In this document: positions 10,062 to 19,945 of the stretch, piece after piece
Layout of the letters: each line of letters starts with the position of its first letter
How positions within the stretch are numbered: the stretch's first letter is position 1
Origin: a virus
IMG/VR virus record: IMGVR_UViG_3300028840_002702
Coordinates: 18,745-82,744 of that record
Length of the DNA: 64,000 nucleotides
Strand: one strand, 5' to 3'
Notes under the pieces: model-generated
Databases searched by the model: none
Told to the model about the DNA's origin: nothing
What the model saw: only the letters and a program-made list of their open reading frames with translations
Translations under genes and position numbers: made by a program

Positions 10062-12193
10062 ATAATGGTAATGGATTGAAATTTATTTTTGGCATTAAAG
10101 CTTTAGATCCATATAAGACAAGAAGATTAATAGAACAATTTGAACAAACACGTAGTAAAAATACTAATTGGCTTCTTATTGTAGCATATAATAGATTTGA
10201 TTCAGAAGTTTGTGAAATTGTTAGTATGCTTGATAATCTAACAAAAGTTGAAACAATCGCTCTAAATTGTATTAATAATCCAGGTCAAATGACTAATAAG
10301 ATTTTTAAAGAAGCCAGTAAATATGAATTTGATTATGGTTTTATTGCAAGTGATTCTGTTCAATTTAAAAAAGAAGGCTGGGATGGTCTTTATTATAATG
10401 CATCAAATTATACAAATTATGACTGCTTATATTTCTATGATCAAGAAAACCCAGTTTGTAATGAGACTCCTCGTAATTGGAGCCCTGTTATTAATAGATG
10501 TCAATTAAAGCATGTTAGAGATACATTTTTTACTTTTACAAAATATTCTCTTAACAAAGTTGGTTATTATGATTTAGAAAATATGCCAATATTAGCAGCA
10601 CACGATTTCTTTTTAAGAGCTGCTGATCTAAGTTTCAACGATAAATATGATCCTTATGATGCATTTAATAGTGAGCAATACGTAAAAGCTGATCCAGAAT
10701 TTCCACCATTTGCAGGCGTTGATTCACCAGAACTTAAGAGAATGAGTCAACCACGTACATCACATAGAGTCGAATTTAAAAGTATTTATGATAAACTTTT
10801 CGATTGTGATAAGATTGTAACATTTGTTATGTGTCTTAAAGAACGATCTGATCGTGCAATGAAATCTATTAAAAGTGTTGTAACAGCGGCAAATTTAAAA
10901 TATATGGATTTTATCATTGTTGAAGATAAAAGTCTTGATCAATTAGATCTTTCGAAGTTTAAATATGTTGATAAAATCAAACATTATGTTGTTAACACTG
11001 GTGATTCTTGGAATAGATCAAAGCTTTTAAATTTTGGATTTAAACGTGCAACAACACCATTAATCGCAAGTTGGGATTGTGACATTCTATTTCCTAAAGC
11101 TTTTGGGAAAAAATTAAAAGAAGTTTGTGATCCACTTGATTTTGAAAGAAATATTATGAAAATTAATTCAAAAGAATCTGCAGAATGTTTCGTTAATGGT
11201 ACTCTTTATGAAAAGGGAGCGATTAGAGGCGGAATGTGGTTATATGATAAAAATGTTCTTGAATCAGTTGGTGGATATGACGAAGCATTTGTAGAATGGG
11301 GTCATGAAGAAATGGATATTCATGAACGTCTTGAACGAGCTCGTCAAACTAATATTATTGAAATGAAAGATATTAATATAGATTTAATTCTTACTCATAT
11401 TTCTCATAGTGATTCTTTACGTGGTGATTGTGTTAATAATCATAGAAATCATGATATTCGCTGTGCTCATAAACATTATGGAATTACAAATGTTAATCAT
11501 AATGGTTGGGGTCAACTTCCAATTTTAAGAAAAAGAAGTACTGATACAGCGTATGCTAATTTTCTTAAAGGAAAACGTGTTGCAGTTGTTGGTCCAGCAC
11601 CTTCTATTATTGGATCTAAACAAAGAAAATTAATAGATTCTTATGATGTAGTTGTTCGTATAAATAAAGCAATGCCAGTTCCAAAGAATCTTTATAAAGA
11701 TACTGGCGGTCGATGTGATGTACTTTATAATTGTATGAATACAAGTGAAGAATGTGGTGGAACTATTGATTTTATCGCATTAAAAAAAGGTAAAACAAAA
11801 TGGATTGCTTGTCCTTATCCAAAAGCTGGTGAATTTGAAAAAGATGTAACTAAATTTGAACAAATAAATCCCAAGTTTCCATTTCATGTAATTGATACTG
11901 AAAGATACTTTGCTGTTGAAAATTATATTGGAACACGTCCAAATACAGGAATTGGTACAATTCTTGACTTACTTGATCACGACATTGAAGAACTTTATAT
12001 AACTGGATTTACATTTTTCCAAGGTGGTTATCATGAACATTACCGTGGTTATACTGAAGAACATGTAATGGATTTTATGGCTCAATATGGAAAACACGAT
12101 CAAGAACCTCAGAAGAATTTAATTAAAGAACTATATTTGTATGATCCTCGTATTAATGTAGATGAAACACTTAAAGAAATTTTGGAGAGATAA
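10058..12193 (+). CDS. Multidomain glycosyltransferase: GT-A, GT2/GT7 and GT29-like C-terminal domains
   Basis: WNRSKLLNFG, WDCD, GGYDEAFVEWGHEE; C-terminal KRVAVVGPAP..IDSYDVVVRIN and RPNTG closely similar to the C-half of 2480..3940. Confidence 0.8.
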   Translation: MNNGNGLKFIFGIKALDPYKTRRLIEQFEQTRSKNTNWLLIVAYNRFDSEVCEIVSMLDNLTKVETIALNCINNPGQMTNKIFKEASKYEFDYGFIASDSVQFKKEGWDGLYYNASNYTNYDCLYFYDQENPVCNETPRNWSPVINRCQLKHVRDTFFTFTKYSLNKVGYYDLENMPILAAHDFFLRAADLSFNDKYDPYDAFNSEQYVKADPEFPPFAGVDSPELKRMSQPRTSHRVEFKSIYDKLFDCDKIVTFVMCLKERSDRAMKSIKSVVTAANLKYMDFIIVEDKSLDQLDLSKFKYVDKIKHYVVNTGDSWNRSKLLNFGFKRATTPLIASWDCDILFPKAFGKKLKEVCDPLDFERNIMKINSKESAECFVNGTLYEKGAIRGGMWLYDKNVLESVGGYDEAFVEWGHEEMDIHERLERARQTNIIEMKDINIDLILTHISHSDSLRGDCVNNHRNHDIRCAHKHYGITNVNHNGWGQLPILRKRSTDTAYANFLKGKRVAVVGPAPSIIGSKQRKLIDSYDVVVRINKAMPVPKNLYKDTGGRCDVLYNCMNTSEECGGTIDFIALKKGKTKWIACPYPKAGEFEKDVTKFEQINPKFPFHVIDTERYFAVENYIGTRPNTGIGTILDLLDHDIEELYITGFTFFQGGYHEHYRGYTEEHVMDFMAQYGKHDQEPQKNLIKELYLYDPRINVDETLKEILER

Positions 12194-12194
12194 T

Positions 12195-12941
12195 ATGCCA
12201 ATACGTTCCGAAAATTATAATGCTCGTCAAGATATCAACTTATGGCAACAAATTCCATCTACGGTAGTAACTGAAATATATACACAATTTACTAGAGTAA
12301 ATGGAATCGTATTTGATTTAGAACATGGTTGTTTTAACGATGAAACTTTATATTCGTGTATTCAAGTTGCATGTCTTGGTAAAAAACGTCCAATAGTTAG
12401 ACTTCCTTATTTAGATAAAGGTAGATTAAGAATGTGTTTAGATGCTGGTGTTGGTGGTGTAATTCTATCAACAGTTGAAACTAAAAAACAAGCACAAAAA
12501 TTTCTTGATGAATGTCTTTATTCTAGAAAACGAGGTCAGGGACTTGTTCGTCAAAATATGTGGAATGATGCTATGATAGCAGATGGTAGAAATTATATTG
12601 ACAATCATTTACAAATTATTCCACAGATCGAAACTAAGAAAGGTGTAGAAAATATTGACAAAATTTATGATAAGCGATTTACTTATTATATGGTTGGCCC
12701 TTATGATCTATCCGCAAGTTATGGATGTGCTGGTAATTTTGAAGCTCCAGAATTTCAAAATGCAATGTCTAAATTGGGACAAAAATTAGGTGAGGATGGT
12801 AAATTAGCTTTCCATCTTGTTAAAGATATAACTAAATCAAAAGTATATGCTAAGGCTGATTGTGGAATGCTAGCACTTGGCATGGATACAATTTTTTTAA
12901 ATGAAGGAATGGAACAATGTATAAAGATAGTATCGCGGTAA
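12195..12941 (+). CDS. HpcH/HpaI family pyruvate aldolase
   Basis: DLEHG, LDAGVGGV, QIETKKGVENID, VGPYDLSAS. Confidence 0.88.
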   Translation: MPIRSENYNARQDINLWQQIPSTVVTEIYTQFTRVNGIVFDLEHGCFNDETLYSCIQVACLGKKRPIVRLPYLDKGRLRMCLDAGVGGVILSTVETKKQAQKFLDECLYSRKRGQGLVRQNMWNDAMIADGRNYIDNHLQIIPQIETKKGVENIDKIYDKRFTYYMVGPYDLSASYGCAGNFEAPEFQNAMSKLGQKLGEDGKLAFHLVKDITKSKVYAKADCGMLALGMDTIFLNEGMEQCIKIVSR

Positions 12942-13831
12942 CATCAAAAACATTATCAAATCAAGAAGGATTTGTTAAATGGCTTAAAAGACATTTTAAA
13001 GAAGTTAAATTAAATCAAAGTGATAAATTACGTGATGAAAAACTTATAGAGTTTTTATCTGATGTAGATTATGTTGTACTTGGTACTGAACCATTCCATA
13101 AAGATATTATCAAAAATACTAAAAATTTAAAGGCGGTCTTTAAATATGGAGTTGGTATTGATAACATCGATTTCTTTGTTGCTGGTAAAAATAATCTTCC
13201 TATTTATTATAAGAAAGGTACAAATAGTGATGCTGTTACTGAAATTGCTTTAAGTTATATTATTCAATTATTGAGAAATCAACATATTAGTTTTGCCGCT
13301 GCCCGAAATGGTTGTTGGGATAAACAAAAGGGTAAAGAACTATCTGAATCAATTATTGGAATTATCGGTTTTGGTAATATTGGTCAATGTCTAAATACTA
13401 AACTTACTAGTCTTTTATGTTATGATATCTTATGGCATGATAAAAACAATCATAAAAATTCAATTTGTAACAAAGATTTAGAATTTGTTTTAAGTAACGC
13501 TGATGTTATTTCAATTCATATTGATAATGAAGATAGAATGAATACTAATTTCTTTGACGATGAAAAATTAAGTCTTCTTAAAGATGGTGCATATATTGTC
13601 AATACAGCACGTGGTTCTATAATGGATTATGATGCGCTTGAAAAACATCTTCCAAGACTTGGAGGAGTTGCATTAGACGTTTATCCTTATGAACCTAATA
13701 TTCCTGAATTTTTATTGGATTCTGACAAAGTTATTTTATCATGTCATATTTGCGGAAGTTCAGAACAAGGTTTGAAGAATGGTGAAGAGTTTATTAAAGA
13801 AAGTATTAAAACTCATATGGAGAAAAAATAA
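12917..13831 (+). CDS. D-2-hydroxyacid (phosphoglycerate-type) dehydrogenase
   Basis: YGVGIDNID, GIIGFGNIG, VNTARG, ALDVYPYEP, SCHICG. Confidence 0.9.
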   Translation: MYKDSIAVTSKTLSNQEGFVKWLKRHFKEVKLNQSDKLRDEKLIEFLSDVDYVVLGTEPFHKDIIKNTKNLKAVFKYGVGIDNIDFFVAGKNNLPIYYKKGTNSDAVTEIALSYIIQLLRNQHISFAAARNGCWDKQKGKELSESIIGIIGFGNIGQCLNTKLTSLLCYDILWHDKNNHKNSICNKDLEFVLSNADVISIHIDNEDRMNTNFFDDEKLSLLKDGAYIVNTARGSIMDYDALEKHLPRLGGVALDVYPYEPNIPEFLLDSDKVILSCHICGSSEQGLKNGEEFIKESIKTHMEKK

Positions 13832-14106
13832 TGAAGTGTTATAAATATACTGCAATGGATGCTCAAGGAAAAGAGAAAAGTGGAAATATAGATGCTGAGA
13901 ATGAAAATGATGCTAATGCTAAATTGAAAGAAATCGGTCTTTTTCCTACAAGTATTTCTAAAATAAAAACACCTAAGCAACCATCTGAAGAAGATAAAAA
14001 ATCTACTATAGAACAAATTTTTGACAATTCCCTTATCAGAGAACCTGAAAAAATCAAAATTAAACTTTTCGGGTTAATTACAGTACTAACAATAGAGAAA
14101 AACTAA
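13831..14106 (+). CDS. Stand-alone PilC/GspF N-terminal-domain-like small protein
   Basis: YKYTAMDAQGKEKSGNIDAENENDANAKLKEIGLFPTSI matches the typical first ~45 residues of type II secretion F/PilC proteins; no membrane body follows. Confidence 0.65.
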   Translation: MKCYKYTAMDAQGKEKSGNIDAENENDANAKLKEIGLFPTSISKIKTPKQPSEEDKKSTIEQIFDNSLIREPEKIKIKLFGLITVLTIEKN

Positions 14107-14108
14107 AT

Positions 14109-14381
14109 ATGGAATGGATTAAAGAAGACGTAGAAAAAATATCTGAGATGTTTGATATTACCAAAGAAGAAGTTATGGATTTAGAATGTTTTAGTCTAGA
14201 CCTTACAGATGATGAAATGGAACAACTAACAGAAGATATTCGCGATCTTGAATATGATGTTGAAGAAGGTAAAGGAACGTGCAAATTATGTTTTGATAAT
14301 CCATCTTCATTTCTTACCGCAACAGAAGCTTATGATGAATTCTATGGTTATGAACCATCTGATATTTCATTTGACGAATAA
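14109..14381 (+). CDS. Small acidic hypothetical protein
   Basis: 90 aa, strongly D/E rich, one CxxC. Confidence 0.6.
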   Translation: MEWIKEDVEKISEMFDITKEEVMDLECFSLDLTDDEMEQLTEDIRDLEYDVEEGKGTCKLCFDNPSSFLTATEAYDEFYGYEPSDISFDE

Positions 14382-14464
14382 AAATATTAAAAAGTTTTGT
14401 GAAGAGTTTATTTTTACGAGATTTGGTTTATCTATAAACAATTAAAATATTTTTAGGAGTCTTT

Positions 14465-15652
14465 ATGCTTTCACAATATAATGTTATAACACACCCCGCT
14501 GATAACGGAGGTTGTGGACATTACCGAATGAAATTTCCAGCTTGGGCAGCACAATCTTTGCGTAAAGATATTAGCATAGTTGAATCACCCAAGCTAATTC
14601 ATATCCCAGGATTTTATCAAGACGTTAGAATGGTACGCATTCAGCGCCAATTAGCAGATTATTCATTTAAATTTGTACTTGAGTTTCTAAAGCCATTATC
14701 CGAAAAAATTGGATTTTGGCTTTCTTATGAAATTGATGATGTTGTTGGACGTCATGATATTCCACGCTATAATTCCGGTTGGCAAACATTTCAGAATGAT
14801 AAACTCATGATGAATATGAAATATATTTTGCAACTCTGCGATGTAGTTACTGTTACAACACCGGAACTTGGTAATTATTATCATAGAAAATTTGGTGTTG
14901 ATAAAAATAATATCATAGTAATTCCAAACTATCTTCCAAGATGGTGGATTGGTGAAAGTTATGATTTGGAAAAAATCAAAGCTAAAATTCAATCTGAACA
15001 TAAACCTAGAATTGGATTTATTAGTTCATCTACTCATTTTGATCTATTTAATAGAAATGATGGTGTTGATGATTTTACACATATCGTAGATTTTATTAGA
15101 GATACTGTTGATAAATATCGGTGGGTATTTATCGGTGGGGTTCCACAACAACTAAAAGATTTAGTTGAAGATAAAAAGATTGAATTTAATCCCGGTTTTG
15201 ATATTTTGAATTATACGCGAATTGTTAATAGTATGAAGTTTGACTTAATGGTTGCTCCTCTTCAAGATAATGTTTTTAATAGATGTAAATCTAATATCAA
15301 ATTTATTGAAATGGCCGCACTTGGTATTCCTTGTATTGTTCAAGATTTAACTCCATACAAAAAATATACTGATCTTCGCTTTACTGATGCAAATGATCTT
15401 CAAGATAAGATTGATTTTGTATTATCTAATAAAGAAAGATATCTTGACCTCGTTAAAAATAATCGTGACATCATTGATAATGGTGATTCTAACGCACCAA
15501 AAGGATGGTGGCTCGAAAATAATATGGATGTTTGGTTCCAACAATTTTGTGTTAATCAACGTTCATTACGTTTTGATTTAAGAGAAATTAATTTCGAAGA
15601 AATAACTCCGGAAAATAAAAATAACGCCGGTGAAATAACGTTTGAGGTTTAA
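14465..15652 (+). CDS. GT4-like (GT-B) glycosyltransferase
   Basis: GGCGHYR, YEIDD, VTVTT, APLQDNVFNRCKSNIKFIE..LGIPCI; AGGAG RBS. Confidence 0.85.
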   Translation: MLSQYNVITHPADNGGCGHYRMKFPAWAAQSLRKDISIVESPKLIHIPGFYQDVRMVRIQRQLADYSFKFVLEFLKPLSEKIGFWLSYEIDDVVGRHDIPRYNSGWQTFQNDKLMMNMKYILQLCDVVTVTTPELGNYYHRKFGVDKNNIIVIPNYLPRWWIGESYDLEKIKAKIQSEHKPRIGFISSSTHFDLFNRNDGVDDFTHIVDFIRDTVDKYRWVFIGGVPQQLKDLVEDKKIEFNPGFDILNYTRIVNSMKFDLMVAPLQDNVFNRCKSNIKFIEMAALGIPCIVQDLTPYKKYTDLRFTDANDLQDKIDFVLSNKERYLDLVKNNRDIIDNGDSNAPKGWWLENNMDVWFQQFCVNQRSLRFDLREINFEEITPENKNNAGEITFEV

Positions 15653-15653
15653 G

Positions 15654-16361
15654 ATGCAAGATATTTTATGTGGAATTTTAAATTATGGTAGAACCCATAA
15701 AGATATGAAAAAAGTACCCAATAAGATAAAGGGTGATGTCGTTATTTGTACCGATAATCCTGAATTTTGGGGTAAAAGAGAAACAATTGCAGCTGAAGAA
15801 TCTGTTGCAGCTAGTAAAAATAAGATTATAGATTTAGCTATTGAACGTGGTTATAAATATGTGTTTATTATAGAAGATGACATTATTCCAAAGAATAAAA
15901 GTCTTTTTCTTGAATATAAACAAATGATGCAAAAATATGATTTATGTGGTATTATGTATGGTTATGATACTCCAATGAATAAAGTATTTGGAAAAAGACC
16001 TAATGCATCACTTATAATTACTGATCATCAAGGACATATAGTAAATATTAATCGCTATCCTTGTTCATCTTTTATTGGCTTAAAAGTTAAACCTGACATG
16101 GTTAAATTTGATGAACAACTTTGTATTTTGGAAACAGATTTTTTGTTTATTGATATGCATAAAAAGGGTGATCACCCATTTAATGGCTTCTTTTTTGACA
16201 TATCAAAAAGCTGGGAAAAATTTAAGAAAATTGATGTTAAAAGTATTCGTAAGAAAAATCTTAATATGATTAATAAAGACCGTGAAGTAAGAAAAAAATG
16301 CGAAATTAAGCCAGATTTTTCTGCTGATGCAGTCCTCAAATATATGAACGAACACAGGTAA
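15654..16361 (+). CDS. Divergent GT2-like protein
   Basis: SVAASKN..FIIEDDI, as in the GT2 genes at 888 and 1699. Confidence 0.7.
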   Translation: MQDILCGILNYGRTHKDMKKVPNKIKGDVVICTDNPEFWGKRETIAAEESVAASKNKIIDLAIERGYKYVFIIEDDIIPKNKSLFLEYKQMMQKYDLCGIMYGYDTPMNKVFGKRPNASLIITDHQGHIVNINRYPCSSFIGLKVKPDMVKFDEQLCILETDFLFIDMHKKGDHPFNGFFFDISKSWEKFKKIDVKSIRKKNLNMINKDREVRKKCEIKPDFSADAVLKYMNEHR

Positions 16362-16365
16362 AAAC

Positions 16366-16746
16366 ATGGAAAACATGGAAGTAGAAATGCCGAAAGGTAT
16401 TGACTTCAATCCAGCAGGATTGGGTGGAGTCTACAGTAGAAAAGTTCATCTATCTGAAGATTCTACTGCACTCAATGATTTAGTAATTATTAAAATCATT
16501 GAACAAGATAGTAATAAACAAAAAGTTGGAGATATCTTTCTTCCTGATTCTACCATTACAAATGTAGAATTGTTGAAAGGCGAGATTATTAGTCTAGGTC
16601 CCGAAGCAGCGAGGGCAAACATCCAAAAGGGTGACATTGTTTTATATGACAAGTGGTCAACCTTCTATAAACCGCCGACCACTCCTGGAACATTTGTAAT
16701 CACAAAAATTGAGAATGTAATTTCTAAAGTTAAAAAGGAAAATTAG
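16366..16746 (+). CDS. groES: Co-chaperonin GroES
   Basis: ALNDLVII..GDIFLPD..GEIISLGP..GDIVLY. Confidence 0.8.
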   Translation: MENMEVEMPKGIDFNPAGLGGVYSRKVHLSEDSTALNDLVIIKIIEQDSNKQKVGDIFLPDSTITNVELLKGEIISLGPEAARANIQKGDIVLYDKWSTFYKPPTTPGTFVITKIENVISKVKKEN

Positions 16747-16747
16747 T

Positions 16748-19075
16748 ATGTCGCTTAGAGCGCTCTCCGACTATACAATCTACGCTAAATATGCCAGATA
16801 TTTACCTGACATGTTTAGACGTGAAACATGGGAAGAACAAGTAGAACGTGTATTTGCAATGCACGCTACAAGATTTACTGACGTTTTGGAAAATAATCCA
16901 GAATTTAAAGACGAATTTGAATTTGCAAAACGTCAAGTACTTAAGAAACGTGTATTAGGTAGCCAACGAAGTCTTCAATTTGGCGGGCCGCAGATAGAAA
17001 AACATAATGCAAAGATGTATAATTGCGCATTTGGATATATTGATAGACTAGAGGCTTTTAATGAAGCCTTTTATCTTTTATTATGCGGAGTTGGAGTAGG
17101 ATTTAGTGTTCAACAACATCATGTCAGTTGTCTTCCCGTAATTAATAAGATTTCAGATGATGCAGAAGAAGTTATATTTGAAATTGAAGATTCAATTGAA
17201 GGTTGGTCTGAATCTCTATCTGCACTTTTAAGTTCTTACTATAAAGAAGGTTTAATGCCTGAAATGTATGGTAAGAAAATTAAATTTGTATACGATAAAA
17301 TTCGTCCTGAAGGTGAACTTATTTCTGGTGGATTTAAAGCACCTGGCCCAAATGGTTTGGAAAAATCATTGGAAAAAATTAGAACACTTCTAAATAGAAC
17401 AGAAACAAAACTACGTCCAATTGATGCTTATGATATTCTTATGCATATGTCTGATGCAGTTCTTTCTGGTGGTGTACGTCGATCAGCAACTATTTGTTTG
17501 TTCTCTCCCGACGACGATGAAATGATGAATGCAAAAACTGGCAATTGGTTTAAAGAAAATCCACAGCGTGCTCGTTCTAATAACTCAGCTTTATTAGTTA
17601 GAGGTGAAACTTCTGAAGAACAATTTGCCAAATTAATGAAGTCAACAAAAGAATTTGGTGAACCTGGTTTTATTTGGGCTGAAGACAAAGATATCGGTTT
17701 TAATCCATGTGCTGAAATTGGTTTGTATCCAAGAACTTTAGATGGACGTTCTGGATTTCAGTTTTGTAATCTTACTGAAATTAATGGCAAATGGTGTTCA
17801 AGTAAAGATAATTTCTTGAAAGCTTGTAGAGCAAGTGCAATTATTGGTACAATGCAAGCTGCTTATACTGATTTTAAATACGTATCTGACGCTACTAAAG
17901 AAATTACTGAATACGAATCATTACTTGGTTGTTCAATTACTGGAATGATGGATAATCCAGATGTTCTTTTTGATCCAAAAATTCAGAAAGAAGGTGCCAA
18001 ATGTATAATTGAGGTTAATGAAAAAATTGCTAAAATGATTGGTATCCGTCCAGCAGCTCGTGTTACAGCAGTTAAGCCAGCTGGTACAACTTCTTGTGTT
18101 CTTGGTACAGCATCTGGTATTCACCCGCATCATTCTCGTCGTTATATGCGTCGTGTTCAAGCTAACTATTTAGAATTTCCAGTTAGACAATTCGCAGAAG
18201 TTAATCCATCTGCTGTTGAAGATTCTGTATGGAGCAATAATAACACCGATAAAGTTATTACATTCCTTTGTGAAGTTCCGCCAGGAGCTATTGTTAAGAA
18301 CCAACTAAAAGCAACTGATTTGCTTGAACGTGTTAAATTAACACAACAAAATTGGATTGAAGCTGGTACTGTAAAAGAACGTTGTCGAATACCTGAACTT
18401 CGACATAATGTTTCTAATACTGTTACTGTTCTTGATGATGAATGGGATGAAGTAGAAAATTATATCTTTGAAAATAGAGGTTGGTTTGCAGGTATTTCAT
18501 TACTTCCAGCTTCTGGTGATAAAGATTATCCACAAGCACCATTTACAACAGTACATACACCTCGTGAAATTGTACGTGAATATGGTGACGCATCAGTATT
18601 TGCTTCTGGAGTAATTGTAGATGGTCTTAAAGCATTCAATAATAATCTATGGGATGCATGTAACTGTGTTCTTGGTATTGGCGAAGTACTTCCAGAGAAA
18701 AAATCTCATCGAGAAGAACCAACACGACCACGTAAAAATGGTTATTCACCTGAAGAATTTAATAAGAAACTTGTTAAATATGCAAGAGACCTTGAAAAAT
18801 ATTATGCTTCTGTTGAAGAGTATGATAAATGGTGGTATAAGAAAGAATGGGTCCGCCGCGCGGAAGGTTTTGCTGAAAAATATTTTAATGGTGATCTAAA
18901 GCGTATGACATACTGTTTAAAAGATGTCAATAACTGGAAAGTTTGGTGTGATCTTAATAGAGAATATAAAGAAATTGATTGGTCTGAAGTTCAAGAACTT
19001 GAAGCACATTATGAATCAGTAGATACTATGGGCGCCCAAGCTTGTTCTGGCGGCAAATGTGAAATTAGCTTCTAA
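16748..19075 (+). CDS. nrdJ: Class II (adenosylcobalamin-dependent) ribonucleotide reductase, monomeric type
   Basis: RRETWEE, YNCAF, GGVRRSA, NPCAEI, CNLTEIN, VKPAGT, C-terminal ACSGGKCE; no small subunit adjacent. Confidence 0.9.
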   Translation: MSLRALSDYTIYAKYARYLPDMFRRETWEEQVERVFAMHATRFTDVLENNPEFKDEFEFAKRQVLKKRVLGSQRSLQFGGPQIEKHNAKMYNCAFGYIDRLEAFNEAFYLLLCGVGVGFSVQQHHVSCLPVINKISDDAEEVIFEIEDSIEGWSESLSALLSSYYKEGLMPEMYGKKIKFVYDKIRPEGELISGGFKAPGPNGLEKSLEKIRTLLNRTETKLRPIDAYDILMHMSDAVLSGGVRRSATICLFSPDDDEMMNAKTGNWFKENPQRARSNNSALLVRGETSEEQFAKLMKSTKEFGEPGFIWAEDKDIGFNPCAEIGLYPRTLDGRSGFQFCNLTEINGKWCSSKDNFLKACRASAIIGTMQAAYTDFKYVSDATKEITEYESLLGCSITGMMDNPDVLFDPKIQKEGAKCIIEVNEKIAKMIGIRPAARVTAVKPAGTTSCVLGTASGIHPHHSRRYMRRVQANYLEFPVRQFAEVNPSAVEDSVWSNNNTDKVITFLCEVPPGAIVKNQLKATDLLERVKLTQQNWIEAGTVKERCRIPELRHNVSNTVTVLDDEWDEVENYIFENRGWFAGISLLPASGDKDYPQAPFTTVHTPREIVREYGDASVFASGVIVDGLKAFNNNLWDACNCVLGIGEVLPEKKSHREEPTRPRKNGYSPEEFNKKLVKYARDLEKYYASVEEYDKWWYKKEWVRRAEGFAEKYFNGDLKRMTYCLKDVNNWKVWCDLNREYKEIDWSEVQELEAHYESVDTMGAQACSGGKCEISF

Positions 19076-19082
19076 TTAATAA

Positions 19083-19172
19083 GGAACTTGGAATTTCAAA
19101 TTTTAATTGTAATTCATAATCAGAAATATGGGTCCTGATGAATTTGTTACAATTAATGAAATTCCAAGTTCC
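19083..19172 (+). other. Long intergenic hairpin downstream of nrdJ
   Basis: Perfect 16-bp inverted repeat GGAACTTGGAATTTCA / TGAAATTCCAAGTTCC with further inner pairing (TAATTGTAA / TTACAATTA). Confidence 0.75.
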
Positions 19173-19201
19173 GAATTTTAACAAAAAAGAGAAAAAGAGA
19201 A

Positions 19202-19534
19202 ATGAAAAAAGAAAATTTATCAGCGGGGCATATTACGTTAGGATGTCTTTGGGTTTTAATGATATTTCCAATAGCAATATTTTTAAACGCATACACCTTA
19301 ATGAATATTTGGAATTGGTTTATTTCACCATTAGGTCTTACTACAATAAATTTAGTACACGCTATGGGGATCTCAACAGTTATTGGATTTTTCTTAATCA
19401 ATATTAAAACTAATGATTCTCCAGTAAAAACTAACGAAACTATTATTGAATTAATAACTAGATGTACAGCAAAAATAATTTTTGTTCCATTGTTCATACT
19501 TTTGTATGGTTATATTTTGTCAAAATTTATGTAA
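19202..19534 (+). CDS. Small membrane protein
   Basis: Three hydrophobic segments. Confidence 0.7.
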   Translation: MKKENLSAGHITLGCLWVLMIFPIAIFLNAYTLMNIWNWFISPLGLTTINLVHAMGISTVIGFFLINIKTNDSPVKTNETIIELITRCTAKIIFVPLFILLYGYILSKFM

Positions 19535-19543
19535 GGTATAATT

Positions 19544-19945
19544 ATGAAAGAATTAACTATTTATGATTTAGCTGAAACGTTATGGCGTGTAGATACCGAT
19601 CCTATTTTATTAGGTGTTTTCGATGGTTATGAAATTTTTAATACTCAATTTCATATTGAAATGAAGGATATAAATCCAAATGCCGTTATTGCATGTAATA
19701 TTGAAGAAGGTTGGATTGATATTGAACCAATTAAAAATGCACAAATACCGGCTCAACCATTTATGACAACACAAAATAGTATAGCTAATAAATTAGTGCA
19801 ACGACCTGATTTATATGATAAAGTTACTAAACGTCGCACACTTATTGGAAAAGTTATTATCTATGATTTAGAAGGTTTAAAACCACTTGTTGAATTTGAA
19901 AGAACAATTAAATCTCCAGGATTTTCTATTTATGAAGCAGGGTAA
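19544..19945 (+). CDS. Hypothetical protein
   Basis: 133-aa ORF with AAGG RBS. Confidence 0.65.
   Translation: MKELTIYDLAETLWRVDTDPILLGVFDGYEIFNTQFHIEMKDINPNAVIACNIEEGWIDIEPIKNAQIPAQPFMTTQNSIANKLVQRPDLYDKVTKRRTLIGKVIIYDLEGLKPLVEFERTIKSPGFSIYEAG

Noticed and set aside
3-16361. Bacterial capsule or O-antigen locus
   Set aside because: No transport or polymerase genes, and it is continuous in strand, composition and promoter type with phage replication genes
19083-19172. Hammerhead ribozyme (CTGATGA...GAAA present)
   Set aside because: Stem I cannot form next to the would-be cleavage site and stem II is weak; a simple long hairpin explains the sequence better
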